A stretch of DNA of 64,000 nt from assembly GCF_036321535.1 (NCBI RefSeq), contig NC_087436.1, positions 89,654,001-89,718,000 of the forward strand, in the 5' to 3' direction. This DNA is from Camelus dromedarius (lineage: Eukaryota). A program made the position numbers and the translations under genes. Under the pieces are notes generated by a model, which did no database searches, had not been told where the DNA came from, and was given only the letters and a program-made list of their open reading frames with translations. This document shows positions 1-12,636 of the stretch, one piece after another; positions within the stretch are counted from its first letter, which is position 1; the number at the start of each line of letters is the position of its first letter.

Positions 1-1529
1 CTATTGCAAAGGAAAGATTAGAAATTTCATTTTTAATTTCCAAAAAAATAGAATCTGACTTACTTTAAGAAGAATTAGAAAAATGGTACTTCTGTAAAAG
101 GCAACTTAAAAAGTAATTTCATTTGATTCTTGGCCACAAGACAAATGGTCACAAACTGTATACATACTGTATGATGAGGATATGCAATTTCCTCCTTTTC
201 TGTATTTCAGACTGCTCTGTATGTATGGAACTATAAAACATTCCATGCATTATTGAGATGAGAAAAAGTGATCTAAGATTTGCTCAGCTGAATATAGAGT
301 GAAACAAGCATATTTAAAAATAATGGAACATTAAACTCATGAGGAAAAAGGTCATGTCAGAGTTGATGGCTTATCCAGATGCCTCAAAGTTTTTGATTTC
401 ATAAGACTTTCACTGTATAGAATATTTTATTCTGAGAAAGGCAAAACATTTTTTGGTATAATTTTCTTTATGCCTGGACACAGTGTGTAGATATGAGGAT
501 GTAAAACTGAAGAGACGTTTTAAACCATGCCCTTTTCCCAACAGAACTTTATAAAAACCAGGCACATAAAAAGATTTGCCTCTTTTTGTAATGCAAAACC
601 AAATGAATAAGGATAGAAGGAAAAGTCAGTCAGGTCTTGAACAATGTTGGAAGACTTTTGAAAACCATTCTTGGTATCATCTCAAGCCTGCATACCAGGA
701 CCACCAATGTGTGACCTCAAATCAAAGAAAAGTAATCTACTCTTACTGTCTCAGAAAGAGGTGCCACCTTCCTAAACTCTGGTACTGCCACTAAATCCAT
801 GATTTTTGTTTGTTTTTGTGTATATGTGATTTATTTTGAACATATCAGAGAACAGGAACAGTTCTCAGTCTTGTTCAATCCTACTCTAAAATTAGGTTTT
901 AATGTTAATTCATCCATTGGACCTGTCTATGAATGCATACTTCTTTTAATCAATTATTACCTATATTCACTCCTTTTTCTGTGTGTACCAGAGTCTATTT
1001 TTGACCATCCTCTTTTCCTGGTAGAAACCCTGGACCTCTTTAATCTATATTATCCCTCCACTGGTCTGCTCCCTCAAGGCATTGCCTGTTCTTTGCTTGC
1101 ATCTAGCCATTAATTATTTCAGTTCCATTAAGACCTTATAAGACCTTATAAACAAATAGAGCTCAACTTATTGAAAGAGTTGTGTATCCTAGACTTCTTG
1201 ACTGTTTAAAATTTTATGTTCAGGAGCTGGATAAGCAATGGAGAAGTCTTGTGCTTCCTTTCAGGCTGGTTTTTGAGACACCTCTCCAAGGTGTGCTCTG
1301 ACACGTTGTTTTAGATTCTCTGAAAAGATATGGTGTCACACTGCAGAGCCTACCAGTTGTCTTGGAGCTTGCACAAACCCACTGGGCAGAATGTGAAGAC
1401 CAAGAAGCCATCACTGGGGTTGGTGGACCCCAGTGGGAAACGTTTTGAGCAGAGATATAAAGACTGGGTCCTAGCTAATCTCTGACACCAGGTGTTGGAG
1501 CTTGAACTGATCAATAAACTCTGTTAGGC

Positions 1530-1682
1530 CAGTGGTTCTTAAACTTTGTTATGCCTGTCAACCATTCAGGATCTTATGAAAATGCAGATTTCTGCTCGGT
1601 AGGTAAGGAGCAAGGCCTGTAACTGGGCATTTTCAATAATTCCCAGATGCTATGGTCTGTGGGCCACACTTAGAGTACAAGG
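1530..1682. mobile_element. MER5A/B-like hAT-Charlie non-autonomous DNA transposon
   Basis: Starts CAGTGGTTCTTAAACTT, has AAAATGCAGATT internally, ends GGGCCACACTTAGAGTACAAGG (degenerate MER5 TIRs). Confidence 0.75.
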
Positions 1683-2769
1683 CCACTCTAGGTCATATCT
1701 GTAAAATGAAGGAGGTGGGTTGTGGGGCCTCTGAATTCTGTTTTCTTTCAGAGCTGGCATTTGGGGGGCTAGATCTGATCTAGTTTGCATTTCTGAAAAG
1801 ATTTATTGCTCTGACACCCCAAGTGAAGATACTAGGCACCGAAGGACACTGCAAATTCTTATCCAGATCATTGGAGGGAAAGGAAATTTACTCAAGGGTA
1901 TGTAATGCCTCACTAAGTTATTTGTTTTCACAACATCACCATTGGAGATCTGAAAAGTGACTTATGGTTCAAAGGCATGTGGTGTATTTAGGTGTTTAGA
2001 TTTCTTTCTTCTTGAGTGGTATTCTTTAGCTTTCTGATTACCAACTTCTCTCAGTTCCACTTACATATATTATAAAAGCTTATGTTCTAGTGTAGCCGGG
2101 ATGATACAAATTGGTGACTTCTTGATAAATCAAATGGACTCAGACCTAAGTTGCCAAATGGAATAGGATAGGAATTATTATATGAGGCTATTGATCAAAA
2201 GTGAGTAGTTTGAAGAAAGACTATATCTATTATGTTTTATAATGAGTTGGACTTAGTTTTAGCAGATATCCTTGACATAAAGACAGCAGAGTTAAAAAAA
2301 TATACATATGGAAGGAAAAAGCCAGGGAAGATGAAAGTGAGTCACAAAATTTCATGCAGTGTAAGAGGAAAGGAGAGTCTAGGATAAGAAAAGTTAAGCA
2401 CTCATTACATAGGGGAGTTTTACAAGCTTTAGTAAAAGTAAATGTAAAAACACCTCTTGCAATAAGGGTCAGTAGGGGCTTATGCTGAAGTAAGACACAG
2501 AGCAATGAGAAACACATTGGAAAGCCCAGAGTGGGGCAGATCTTTTCTTTAAGACCTAGAAGACCTGTGGTTTTTGACGTGCCACTTTAAATCATCAGGA
2601 GGCAGAACTTACAGCTTAACGTTTAACTTGTTATTCCTCAAAAGGAAAACGAGCAACGTCAATAACAAATAGGATTAAATGTAATTCAGGAAATTCGTAG
2701 TAAGAGAGCCTACAACAAAAATTATAATCATGACAACCACGATTTATACTGTTATCAAAAATTAAAGAA

Positions 2770-3025
2770 GCTATAAAACTGACCTCTTTGCCCTCCAATA
2801 CACAGTTCTCCTTCCCGATCCACTGGCTGGATGCAGAGAACTATGAGGTCTAGGGAGCAGCAGAGCTGTAACCCAGAAGTAACCTGAGCCCTGATTCATC
2901 ACGTAGGGGGAAGTGACAAGGTGTGCATGTGAAGAGCTGCTGTATGAGACATGCTTTCACACTCTGTTAAGCCACTGGAATCTGGTGCTTATTTATTACA
3001 ATAGTTAGGTCACCCAAACTAAAAC
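2770..3025 (+). mobile_element. Old MaLR LTR (MLT1H/J-like), 3' half; 5' LTR of a provirus
   Basis: Ends GTTAAGCCACTGGAATCTGGTGCTTATTTATTACAATAG...CTAAAACA, a typical MLT1 3' end, and runs straight into MLT-int-like sequence. Confidence 0.6.
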
Positions 3026-4691
3026 AGAAATGTATACCAGAAGTGGAGTGTTACTATAAGAAAACATGAAAATTTGTGGCATTAGCTTAGCAATCTAGTT
3101 GCAGGTGGCAAATACAGAAGGCTATAAACTTGGAGATTTCTGCTTACCATGGCAAACTTTTGATAACTGTCATGTGTGATAACCTAGAAGGTGCCAAGCG
3201 TGCAGTGCTTAGGAAAGTTGTTAGACACATCCAGAATTTCAGGATAGTTTGGTTACCTCTTTCTAGAAACAATAATTGCCTAGCTTTCTAGCAGAAAACA
3301 TAAAGCAGTGATTTCACATGATTATAAATGCTGTTCAATAGTTTCTGAAGTTCAAATAATAAAAAATAAGACTGAAAGGCATTGAAGGCATAAATACAAT
3401 CAAGACTTCTCAGGTAAAAAAATGTAATTCAGTCATAGGACCATGTAAAATTAGACAAATTGCCCTTCACTCTAAGCCTGTTATGCCAGCTGGCCTCAAG
3501 GTAGTTGGAACTGAGCTTCTTTCCTTCCTTCCTGCTTTCCTTCCTTCCTTTATTTCTTTCTTTCTCTTTCTTTCAAGGAGGGGTCATTCGAGGGAAAAAT
3601 GTGGGGGGAAAGGAAGACTTGAGAACTGTGTGGAAAAATTGTTCATGTGTGGCTTCTGACCATGGAACTGGCAGGAAGAAAAGAGAGAAAGTTTTTGGAA
3701 AACTGTACTGCTAAGGAAACGACGAGCCTAGCCAAAAATAACTTGTGACTTTGAACCAACTCTTAGTTCACACTTGCATCTTGCCTTGTTAACAAGCAGA
3801 CTGAGAGCTATATTGTCCAAGATCCCCGAACTGGGACAAACTCTCCTACACTCTCTCAGTGGGCAGAGCTAAGAGCAACAGAGTACAATGGACAGTTGGT
3901 TCCTTCAAGATAAGCAAATCCAGGACTAAGCAAAGAGCAGAGGAGGACTGTTCAAATTGCTTGCCCAGCAGGATTCTGTCTTTGGCAAGGATCAGTGACT
4001 GCTGTATGTTTTCCGTTTTCACTTTTTTGATTAAGAGTTTTTATTGGGCACACCTCCTCCCTGCTCCATCATTGTCTACTGGCTTGTTTGTATTAGGTAG
4101 AAATGCAGCAAGTTTGTCATTTTAATTTATATGTTGCTATTTATATATCCATGAAGAAACACATTAAGACTTAAAGAAAAAGACAGCATATGATCTAAAG
4201 ATGTTAGACTTCAAGCTGAGTTTAGTAACTAGACAGGCTTTGGATTGTCTCCCTTTAAGACAGGAATGAGTATTGCAATAGACTGAATGTGTCTCTTCCA
4301 GATTCATATTTTGAAACCTAATTCCCAGTGAAATGATAGTTGGAGGCGGGGCCTTTGCAAAGTGATTAGATCATACAGGCAGAACCCTCATGAATGAAAT
4401 TAGTGCCCTCATAAAAGAAATTCTGCCAAAGCTCCCTTGCCTCTTCTGCCATGTGATGAGACAGCAAGAAAATAGCTGTCTATGAACTCAGAAGCAGGCT
4501 CTCATCAGACACCAAATCTGCCAGAGTTTTGATCTTGGACTTGCCAGCCTCCAGAGCGTGAGAAGCACATTTTTGTTGTTTACAGTCTATGCCACCCAAT
4601 TAATGATATCTTTGTGAAGCAGCCCAACAGTCTAAAGTGTCTTCTGAAACTAGATGGAGAAACATAAATTGATGATCGGGTCAAGAAGAGA
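3026..4691 (+). mobile_element. MaLR internal region (MLT1-int-like), interrupted by a younger LTR at 4274-4635
   Basis: Begins GAAATGTATACCAGAAGTGGAGTGTTACTATAAGAAAACATGAAAATTTGTGGCATTAGCTT, resembling the MLT1-int start; purine-rich tract before 4692. Confidence 0.55.
4274..4635 (+). mobile_element. MLT1A0-like MaLR solo LTR
   Basis: TGCAATAGACTGAATG start; GGCGGGGCCTTTG, CTTGGACTTGCCAGCCTCCAGA, GCAGCCCAACAGTCTAA end; flanks AGTAT/AGTGT (5-bp TSD, 1 mismatch). Confidence 0.85.
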
Positions 4692-5000
4692 CTGTACGTA
4701 GCAAAACCTGCCAGCTTTCACCAAGTTCATGTCTTCTTTATCCTGGGCACACAGGCTCCTTCCAGTTAGATGTACATATGTGTCTAAGCTATAGCTAATG
4801 GAATGTAAGAAGAAGCGATTTGTATGACTTAACAGACATAACCTTAAAAATCTCACATACTTGAATCTTCAGAATCTTCCCCCTCCCACCACTGGATTTG
4901 TAGATCTTTGAGGACCTAGGAAATGGCACAGCCACCGTATTGAAGAAAACCTGGGTTCTAAATTCCTGTGTGGAAGAAACTCCCCCACCCCATTCTTTTG
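4692..5000 (+). mobile_element. Old MaLR LTR (MLT1J-like), partial; probable 3' LTR
   Basis: TG start, then CCTGGGCACACAGG and GAAGAAAACCTGGGTTCTAAATTCCTGTGTGGAAGA, similar to the 2770-3025 LTR. Confidence 0.45.
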
Positions 5001-5019
5001 GAAGTAGAGAACAATAGAG

Positions 5020-5190
5020 ATTATTTTCAGAGTATGGATTTTAGACTCATGCTTGAGTCCTAATTCCCCCACTTAACCATCTGTGTGAGTTTAGACAAGT
5101 CAGTTATCTTCTCTCATCCTCTGTTTCCTTAAATGTAAAGTGGGGATAATAATAGTACTTGTATTAAAGAGTTGGCCTGTGGATTATTAC
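5020..5190 (+). mobile_element. MIR SINE
   Basis: CACTTAACCATCTGTGTGAGTTTAGACAAGTCAGTT...CTGTTTCCTTAAATGTAAAGTGGGGATAATAATAGTAC (MIR core). Confidence 0.8.
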
Positions 5191-5825
5191 CCTCAAATCT
5201 ATTTTCCTCCATATGTTACATTATTCATTTTACTTGTTATCTGAGATCCACTGCGGCAGTCATATTTTATTCAGGGCTGTAACCCCAGAACCTAGAACAG
5301 GATCTCATACACAATAAGTGGATCACAAGTATTTTAAAGAATATAAATAAGATGTGTAAAACACTGTGGCAGTTTCAATGAATATATATTATCACTATGG
5401 AATCAAGATAATGGTATCAATTTTAAAAGTTGCTCAGAGCCTGGCATTTTTATTTTGTAACCTATATTTTCTGTTTTCATGGAGTCACAATAATTTATTA
5501 TTATCCTTTGTATCATAAGTGATATTATAAACTATTCCATTTTGTAAATCATTTTTTGTTTTATTTAGTGGTGTAGAATATGAAAAAATTGACAAATACA
5601 TTGTTTTTCATGGTTTAACTTTTGCTGAAATAAAATAAGTAGTCAAGCAGTTGATGATTATGCTAACCTGCTTAATAAAAGTGTATGAAAATTATGATTG
5701 CATGAGAAAGGTTGGTTCTGAATTAATTATACCTATGAGCATAGTCATTAAGTTCTGAAAGTTTATGATGTTTTTAAAAAGATACATGTTTTTGAGACCA
5801 ATCAAAGCAATGTGGTTTATCTACA

Positions 5826-6038
5826 GCAGAATTTTTCAACCTTGGCACTAATGAAATTTAGGGTGGAAAATTCTATTTTGAGGGGCTGTCTTTGCATCGT
5901 AGAAAGCTTAGCAGCATACCTAGCTGCAACCTCCTAGATGACATTAGCACTCTGCTTCTCCCAGTGTGACACCAAAAATATTTCCAGACATTGCCAAATG
6001 TCCCTGGGAAGGAAAATCACCCCTGACTGAAGACCATT
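5826..6038. mobile_element. MER20 hAT-Charlie DNA transposon
   Basis: TTTCAACCTTGGCACTA...CCAGACATTGCCAAATGTCCCTGGG...GAAGACCATT matches MER20. Confidence 0.85.
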
Positions 6039-6049
6039 AACATATGGTT

Positions 6050-7670
6050 TTCATCCATTCATTTACCAAGTAATTAAAAATGATTTCTTGAACCTTTACT
6101 CCATGCGTGGCACTGTTCTAGTGCTGGGAATGCAGCAATGAATAAAACAGAAAAGTCTCTACACTAACAAAGCTTATATTATGGAAGAATGAATATGAAT
6201 AAGCAAATAAAGTGATCTATAATATAAGGTAAGGTAGTGAGAGGTGATATGAAGAAAATAAAGCTGGTGTGAGAATTATATTAATATCTTTTGTTTTTCC
6301 ATATTCTGATGTTTTGACATCTGAGAATTGCTGACTTAAGTGACTGTCCTTCCTGGGGTGAGTCAACTCCTAGAGATAGTAAACAACTCGCCAGTGAGCA
6401 TATGTTTAAAATGCAAACTAAACTAAGTCCCACTTTCAAGCCTCTAAAGGAGTCTTTCAGGGGCTCTCACTCTGGACCACTATCCACCTGCCTTAATCAC
6501 CTCTGGGCCAGGGACCAGATACCTAGGGACAGCCCTTATGCCTCGGAGCCTGCTAAAATTATTCAAAGTAACCAATCCTAAGCCTTCTTACCCTGCCTCA
6601 TCTGTTCCTGAGAAAACCACAAGACAGGCTCTTGCCCGCAGTTCCCCTGCCCTTTCCCTTTGTCTCTTGATCAGCCCTGGTGCTTCCCCACACAGCTCCC
6701 CATTGTGTGGCATGCCCTCTTTTCTTGGGAACTAGTAGTAACAAACTATCTTTTCACTGGTAGTTGTCTTCTAATCTGTTGGACTTACTATTACCTCAAA
6801 TGTTTGGTTAATACACTCTATTTTAAAATCAGGCTAAAGAGTAGCAGGGCTCTATTTAGATGAGGTGGTCAGGAAAGGCTTCTGTGAAGAAGTGATGTTT
6901 GCAAAACAGGATAAATTGGGTGAACCATGCTGACACTGGACAAAGAATGCTCCAGGCAGTAGAAGCCACAGAGGCAAAAGTCCTGAGGTAGAAGCACATA
7001 TGTGTTCAAGGGAAAGCGGAGGCCAGTGTGACTGGAGCCTCTGTGTGAGGGGTAGAAGGTGAAACTGGAGTGATATCAGGGGCTGGATCGTAGAGGATTC
7101 TGGTGGCCACTGGAATGTTTCTGACCTCGAGTTAGAGTGTGATGGGAAGCCGCTGTAGATCTGCGAGCAGGGAAGTACACAATTGGACTCGCATCTGGAA
7201 AGTTTTCTGAGAATGCTGCTTAGAGAACAAACTGTAGAGCGAGAAGGAATGAAAGCAAGGAGACGTTTTAGGAGGTCAGGAACTGTGGCGTGAACTAGAG
7301 GAGTAGCTATTGAGGTGGACACATTTTGAGTGTAGAACCAACAGGCTCAATAGGATTTGCTGTGAACTGTGAGCTGAATTTGCTGTGTGCGAGAAAGAAA
7401 CTTTTGGTCTGAAGGATAAAATGATGACATTTGTTGATATAAGGAACGCTGAAATTTGAGCAGGTAGGAGGGGTAAAGCCAACAGTTCAGGACATTAATT
7501 GTGTGGTGCCTGTTCAACCTCTAAATACAGATGCAGAATAAGCAATAAACATTTGTGTGTATATATATAACTGGTGTCCCAAGGAATGGTAGGAGGTGGT
7601 GATATAAATTTTGGATTCATCAGTATATAAATAATATTTAAAGCCACTGAGATGGATGAGATCAACTTAT
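6050..7670 (-). mobile_element. L2 LINE 3' fragment split by an ERV1 LTR
   Basis: CATTCATTT tail and GGCACTGTTCTAGTGCTGGGAATGCAGCAATGAATAAAACAG; resumes after 6831 with GGTGGTCAGGAAAGGCTTCT. ORF 6852-7322(-) is the decayed L2 strand. Confidence 0.85.
6268..6831. mobile_element. ERV1-class solo LTR (MER39/MER34-like)
   Basis: TG...CA termini; TTCTGATGTTTTGACATCT, CCTAGAGATAGTAAACAACT and CCTGCTAAAATTATTCAAA motifs recalled for this family; interrupts an L2. Confidence 0.65.
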
Positions 7671-8846
7671 AACACTATATTCTTGTTACAGGCACAAAAC
7701 AATAAATGAAACTAATATCATGAGTTTAGACTTGGAAAATATGTAGAAAATATTACAAACATAATAAGGGATAAAGGAAAGAAAATCCTATAGGATTTTA
7801 GGTAATTTATAGGTAATTAGCAATGGTAAAAGTTTAAAAAATAAACTTTACTTGAGTCTTCTGTAAACTGTTGATTCATTGGCAGTTATAGATTTATTGC
7901 TCTCCTTGTTAAAGTATAGATTTACTGAAGGGGAGAATAAAAATAGTGATTTTTTTTTCTCCTTCCTATTCCATATTTGTAGCTTTCACACTATCAAGTA
8001 AAAGATTATGTAATTGTTTATTTTAAATTCGTAACCGGACATCACTCCTCCCTTGCTTTTAAAATGTCTTCCTTTTGGCGCGTGAGGCGGCAGCACTCAT
8101 GCTGGTAACGCACAGAGCAATAGCAATTGCGGTTGGTCTGGGCGGACCAGCATCACAACGGGTCAATGATGAACTCTGCCTAGGATTCTTAAAAGTGCAT
8201 TGCCAGCAGGAACACTAATGAGCCCTGGGAAGTCATGAGCATTTGCCTCTGTCTTTGCTAGACTGAGGCAAACATTTGGGGACTAGAGTCTGCTGAGTTC
8301 AGGTTGTCTCTGAATCTCTTTCTTGAGTTATTCTTCTAGTTCTTGATAAATTCTCAATAAGAAAATTATACAAATGTTCAACACACATATTACACAAAGA
8401 TGAAATATATTTTCTGATTTATATTATATGTTTGTTACATGTGATATTATCCATCTGTCTACCTACCTATCTAATGCCAAACTACCTTTCTATCTATCTA
8501 ATATAAATAATAATGGAAAGATTATATATTGGGGTCTATTTTGAAAGGTAATTTTTTTAAAGACCTTGGAGGTAGATGGAAAAACGAGAGATTTTTTTAT
8601 CTAACAAGATTTCCTGCAGGGCTAATAACTACCAGTAACAATGGGGGTGAATTGATGCTTAGCTGAGGAGGTATATTTACCAGGAGTGCATCAGGCTAGG
8701 AACGAATTGTGTGCAGATTGAACGAAAAGCCAGAGCCAGAGAAAGAAATCATGGAGTGTTAAGGCAAATGGACAACCAAAGAGACAAAGTAAGTGATTGT
8801 GTGAAATAAAAGAGAAATTGTTTTATAATGAAGAGAACTTAGAAAG

Positions 8847-9297
8847 TGTTGACTGAATAAATGCACAGCCTAAAAGTTGAGAGTTTTGTTTATTTGGTGG
8901 GAGGATTCAAGCCGTAGGGACTGCTCCAAAGAGGTAGGGGAGGGGCTAGGATATATAGGAGCTTTACAATAAAGACCAGGTAGTTGGAACAATAAAAGAT
9001 TACTTGTTATCTAAAAGAAACCAGACATCTCAAGTTAAATAATTTAGTGCTTTTCTATGTGTGGGAGGAAGCAAACATTTGGGCTCATTGAATTCATTCC
9101 TTTGACAAGCATCTAGCTATCTAGGGCCAGTATCCTGTCCTTTCTTATTCTAAGTCCCCTCAGAGGACATCATTGTGAGTGGCTGCAGAGGCTGGGCTGC
9201 AGGCTTGTCTTCACTGGGGGGTGGCGGCAGCCACTGATGACTTGATGGCTTCAGCATTCTTTATTTACTGATACGGTTTGCAGTATTTTTGTTCACA
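8847..9297 (-). mobile_element. MER41-like ERV1 solo LTR with exact 4-bp TSD
   Basis: AAAG|TGTTGAC...GTTCACA|AAAG. TG..CA ends with a 4-bp TSD; body resembles artiodactyl MER41-type LTRs. Confidence 0.8.
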
Positions 9298-10433
9298 AAA
9301 GGAATGCTTTCATTCATATATACTACTGAACAGATAAATCTGATTTTCAAGAGAATAATATTCAGTTATACTCACACGTGTGCACACACAAGCACCCACC
9401 TTACTCTACCGATAGTTTAAAGTTACAAAATATCTATGTAGAGTGGTCTTCTCTGTGCTTTGCTAAGTAAAGGGGCATTTTAACTTCAGTATGAATAGGG
9501 ATGAAGTATCTCCAAGTAACTTTCTTCTTAGAATCCCCTCATTGAAGTCTAGGAATCTTAACCAGATCTTTTCTTTTGCGTTTTTGTTTTGTTTTGATCA
9601 GTTGTTGTCAGGGAAGGTTGAGGCATAGTAAGCTTGAGATGAAGATGTTTAGCTTACAGAGGAGCTGGTTTGGCGTAGCTGAAGTGAAGAATCCTTCCCA
9701 CTGCCAAAGGTCTTTGCTGTAGCAGAGATGGTTCCTCTATGGGGTTGCTAATACCTAATGACTGAGAAAATCTTATCAAACCAGCAGGCTGCCTTTTGGT
9801 TTTATTAAGACAAAGACAATTGGTTAATTGTTAACCAATCCACTGAATATTCAGCCTGTTTCATCCCATATAAATGCAGGCACATGTAAACCAATCTTCA
9901 AACACTCTCAATATATACAGCCTACTCATTCCTTCTCTTCTACTCTCTTTGATAATTGATCCATAAATGTAGGTTAATCATTAGGCCAATACCATTAATA
10001 TGTTTTATGTCTGCTTGTTGTAATTATTAGACCATTATCCTTATGGATTGCTCTTATTATGATTAACAAATGCCACTACAATTAGCACTGTCCTGGTTGA
10101 CCCATAACTACTCTCTGTAGGTGCAAGCAGAGTTTGAATGAATATGGGGAAGGTCAAAGCCAGTTCATAATTCAGCTTGTGACCACTGAGCTCCTGCTGA
10201 AATTGTCCTCTTCTGGGTGATTTAGGATCCTATTAGAAAGGTATGGGCTTGAGAGCAGCAGAACCTGGGCACAGATCTTAGAGACAAAAATCCACACACA
10301 GGAGGCCTCTCAATAGCAGTGCTATACGCCAACCAATATCTTGCCCAACGTTGTTGTGCAAAAATATAAAATATGTACTATGCTGGGCAGGTTTATCAAC
10401 TTTGTCTAATTCTAATGCTATATGTGAACTTGC

Positions 10434-10831
10434 TGTGTTAGTTTGCAAGGGCTGCTGTGATATAGCACTGCTGACTGGGTGACTTAAACACAAGAAACTT
10501 GTTTTCGCAGAAATATGAAGTCTAGACAAGGTGTTGGGAGGGTGAATTTTTCTGAGGGCCACGAGGGAGGAATCTGCTCTAAGTCTCTCTCCTTGGCCTA
10601 TCCATGGCCATCTTTTTCCTGTGTCTGATATTGTCTTCCCTCTGTGTGTGTCTGTGCCCTCATTTCTTCTTCTTCTAGGGACATGGGTAAGATTGGATTA
10701 GGGTCCACCCAAATGACCGCATTTTAACTTAATTACCTCTTTAAAGAGCCTGTCTCCAAATATAGTCACAAGCTGAAGTACTGGGAGTTAGGGTAACATA
10801 TGAACTGGGGGTGGACAATTCAGCCCATGAC
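10434..10831 (-). mobile_element. MLT1B/C MaLR LTR
   Basis: TGTGTTAGTTTGCAAGGGCTGCTGT...GATTGGATTAGGGTCCACCC...ACAATTCAGCCCATGACA. Confidence 0.85.
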
Positions 10832-10937
10832 ACTAACTTTCTTAGTAATATTTTTCTAAATCTCCTATAGAAGATATTCCTGTATCAGACACTATATATA
10901 TACAATGTATATAAGTGAAATATATTTTAAATTCTTA

Positions 10938-11168
10938 CTTTTTTATTGAAGTGTAGTCGATTTACAATGTTAGTTTCAGGTGTACAGCAAAGCGATTCAG
11001 GGATACATATACATATATAAATATTTTTCAGATTCTTTTCCATTACAGCTCATTACAGGAAATAGAATGTAGTTCCCTGAGCTCTACAGTAGGTCCTTGT
11101 TGTTTATCTGTTTTATATATAGTAATGGTATCTGTTAATCCCAAACTCCTAATCTATCCCTCCCTCCC
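10938..11168 (-). mobile_element. 5'-truncated artiodactyl L1, 3' UTR
   Basis: T-run then ATTGAAGTGTAGTCGATTTACAATGTTAGTTTCAGGTGTACAGCAAAG...CCCAAACTCCTAAT. Confidence 0.85.
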
Positions 11169-11254
11169 ATTTTTTAAAGGATGTATTTTTTATGGACTCA
11201 GAATTACAAAGCTATTGCAAAGCAGTTTGGTGGTCATGTAATAAACTGATACAG

Positions 11255-11500
11255 ATTTATTCATTCATTCAGCAACCACTTAGTGAGAACCAACTATGTG
11301 CCATGTGCTTGTCTAGGCATGGGGGATACATGTATCACAAAACAGATCAAAATCCCTGCCACAAGAGAGCTTATATTCTATGTAGGAAACATAGACAACA
11401 TGGACAAAAACTAGTAAACACAATAAACAAGTAACTTTTAAAGTGGGTTGGAAGGGGATAAGTGATGAGGAAAACTACAGAGCAGGCTAAATGGGATCAG
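11255..11500 (-). mobile_element. L2 3' end
   Basis: ATTCATTCATTCAGCAACCACTTAGTGAG...CTATGTGCCA...AGCTTATATTCTA. Confidence 0.7.
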
Positions 11501-12449
11501 GAGTGATGGGGGTTACAGGGTGGATGGGAGTGATAAATGGGACAGTCTCTGTGGGCCTGATTGGGAGGCTGGCATTTGCTGGAGTGAGGACAGGAGGAAG
11601 TGGAGCTTACATCTAGGGAATGAGCCTTCTAAGCAAAGACCTTGGTTTCCACTATTGTCCACTACACATTTACACTTAATGAGCTTTGCTTACACTAACC
11701 TTTACTGGAAATGGAGATTTCACCAATATTCTCTCAAAATGCATAAGTATTGAAATTTCCACTGTGAACCATGGTTAACTAAAGGGAGACAATTACCCCG
11801 CATAACAAAGCCACAGGCTACTTTCTCTTTTAAAATTTCCCACCTTAGATAAAATAATCTAGTCTCCTCCTAAAATCTTCTGGGTGCCCACAAGAAGTTA
11901 ACAGCACACTCTAATACTCACCTATTTTTTTCCAAGTCCCCTGAAATCCTAACATTCATAGACACAGAGTTTGAATCTTACATAACAGATAAAACATTAG
12001 GCAGTGTTTGCTACTACTTAAGAAAGACCAAATTTCAGCCAGGAAAATGGGGCTCGACTAATGCAACTTGCCAAATTTCATTGTCTATCTCTTTGGATGC
12101 TCTGTTTCTGGTTCCAATTTTTATGATAGTTAGGCCCCAAATGACAACTTCAGTAGATTCATGGAGTAGGGAGGGCTGGTTCTAAGGAAGAAGAGATTCA
12201 GTGTGGACAAGAGTAAATGCTCTTACCTCAGTTGTTCACCAGTGATTACTTTAGCTTTTATTTCATTTTAAATTCACTGAATATCACAACATGAATTTCA
12301 TGGTAGTGAAACATTTCACAATTTTTAAAACTTCAATGGCTTAGAGATTCTTTACCATGACACTATTTTTATTTCTTCCAGTCCAGAAAGGTAAATGGCT
12401 TTTGGTTCATCACCACACACACATAGCCTACGTAGTTAGTGGTTTAGAG

Positions 12450-12636
12450 CAGTGGTTCTTGCAGATTAGCATGCATGAGACTCCCCTGGAGATTGTGTTA
12501 AAACACAGATTGCCAGGTCCCAGTCTCACAGTTTCTGATTCAGCAGTTGAAAGGTACACCAGCGAATGTGCATTTTTAACAAGTGCCCGACTGAAGCTGA
12601 TCATGCTGATCAGGGACCACACTTTGAGAATCAAGG
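12450..12636. mobile_element. MER5A DNA transposon
   Basis: CAGTGGTTCTTGCAG...GTTTCTGATTCAGCAG...TGCATTTTTAACAAG...GGGACCACACTTTGAGAATCA. Confidence 0.85.

Noticed and set aside
1129..1150. 10-bp tandem duplication TAAGACCTTA x2 (and AAGCATT repeats at 63245-63280)
   Set aside because: Ordinary slippage duplications; there is no spacer-repeat array or CRISPR-like structure.
9600..10270. Possible old ERVL LTR or internal fragment
   Set aside because: Too degraded to assign a family or boundaries by eye.
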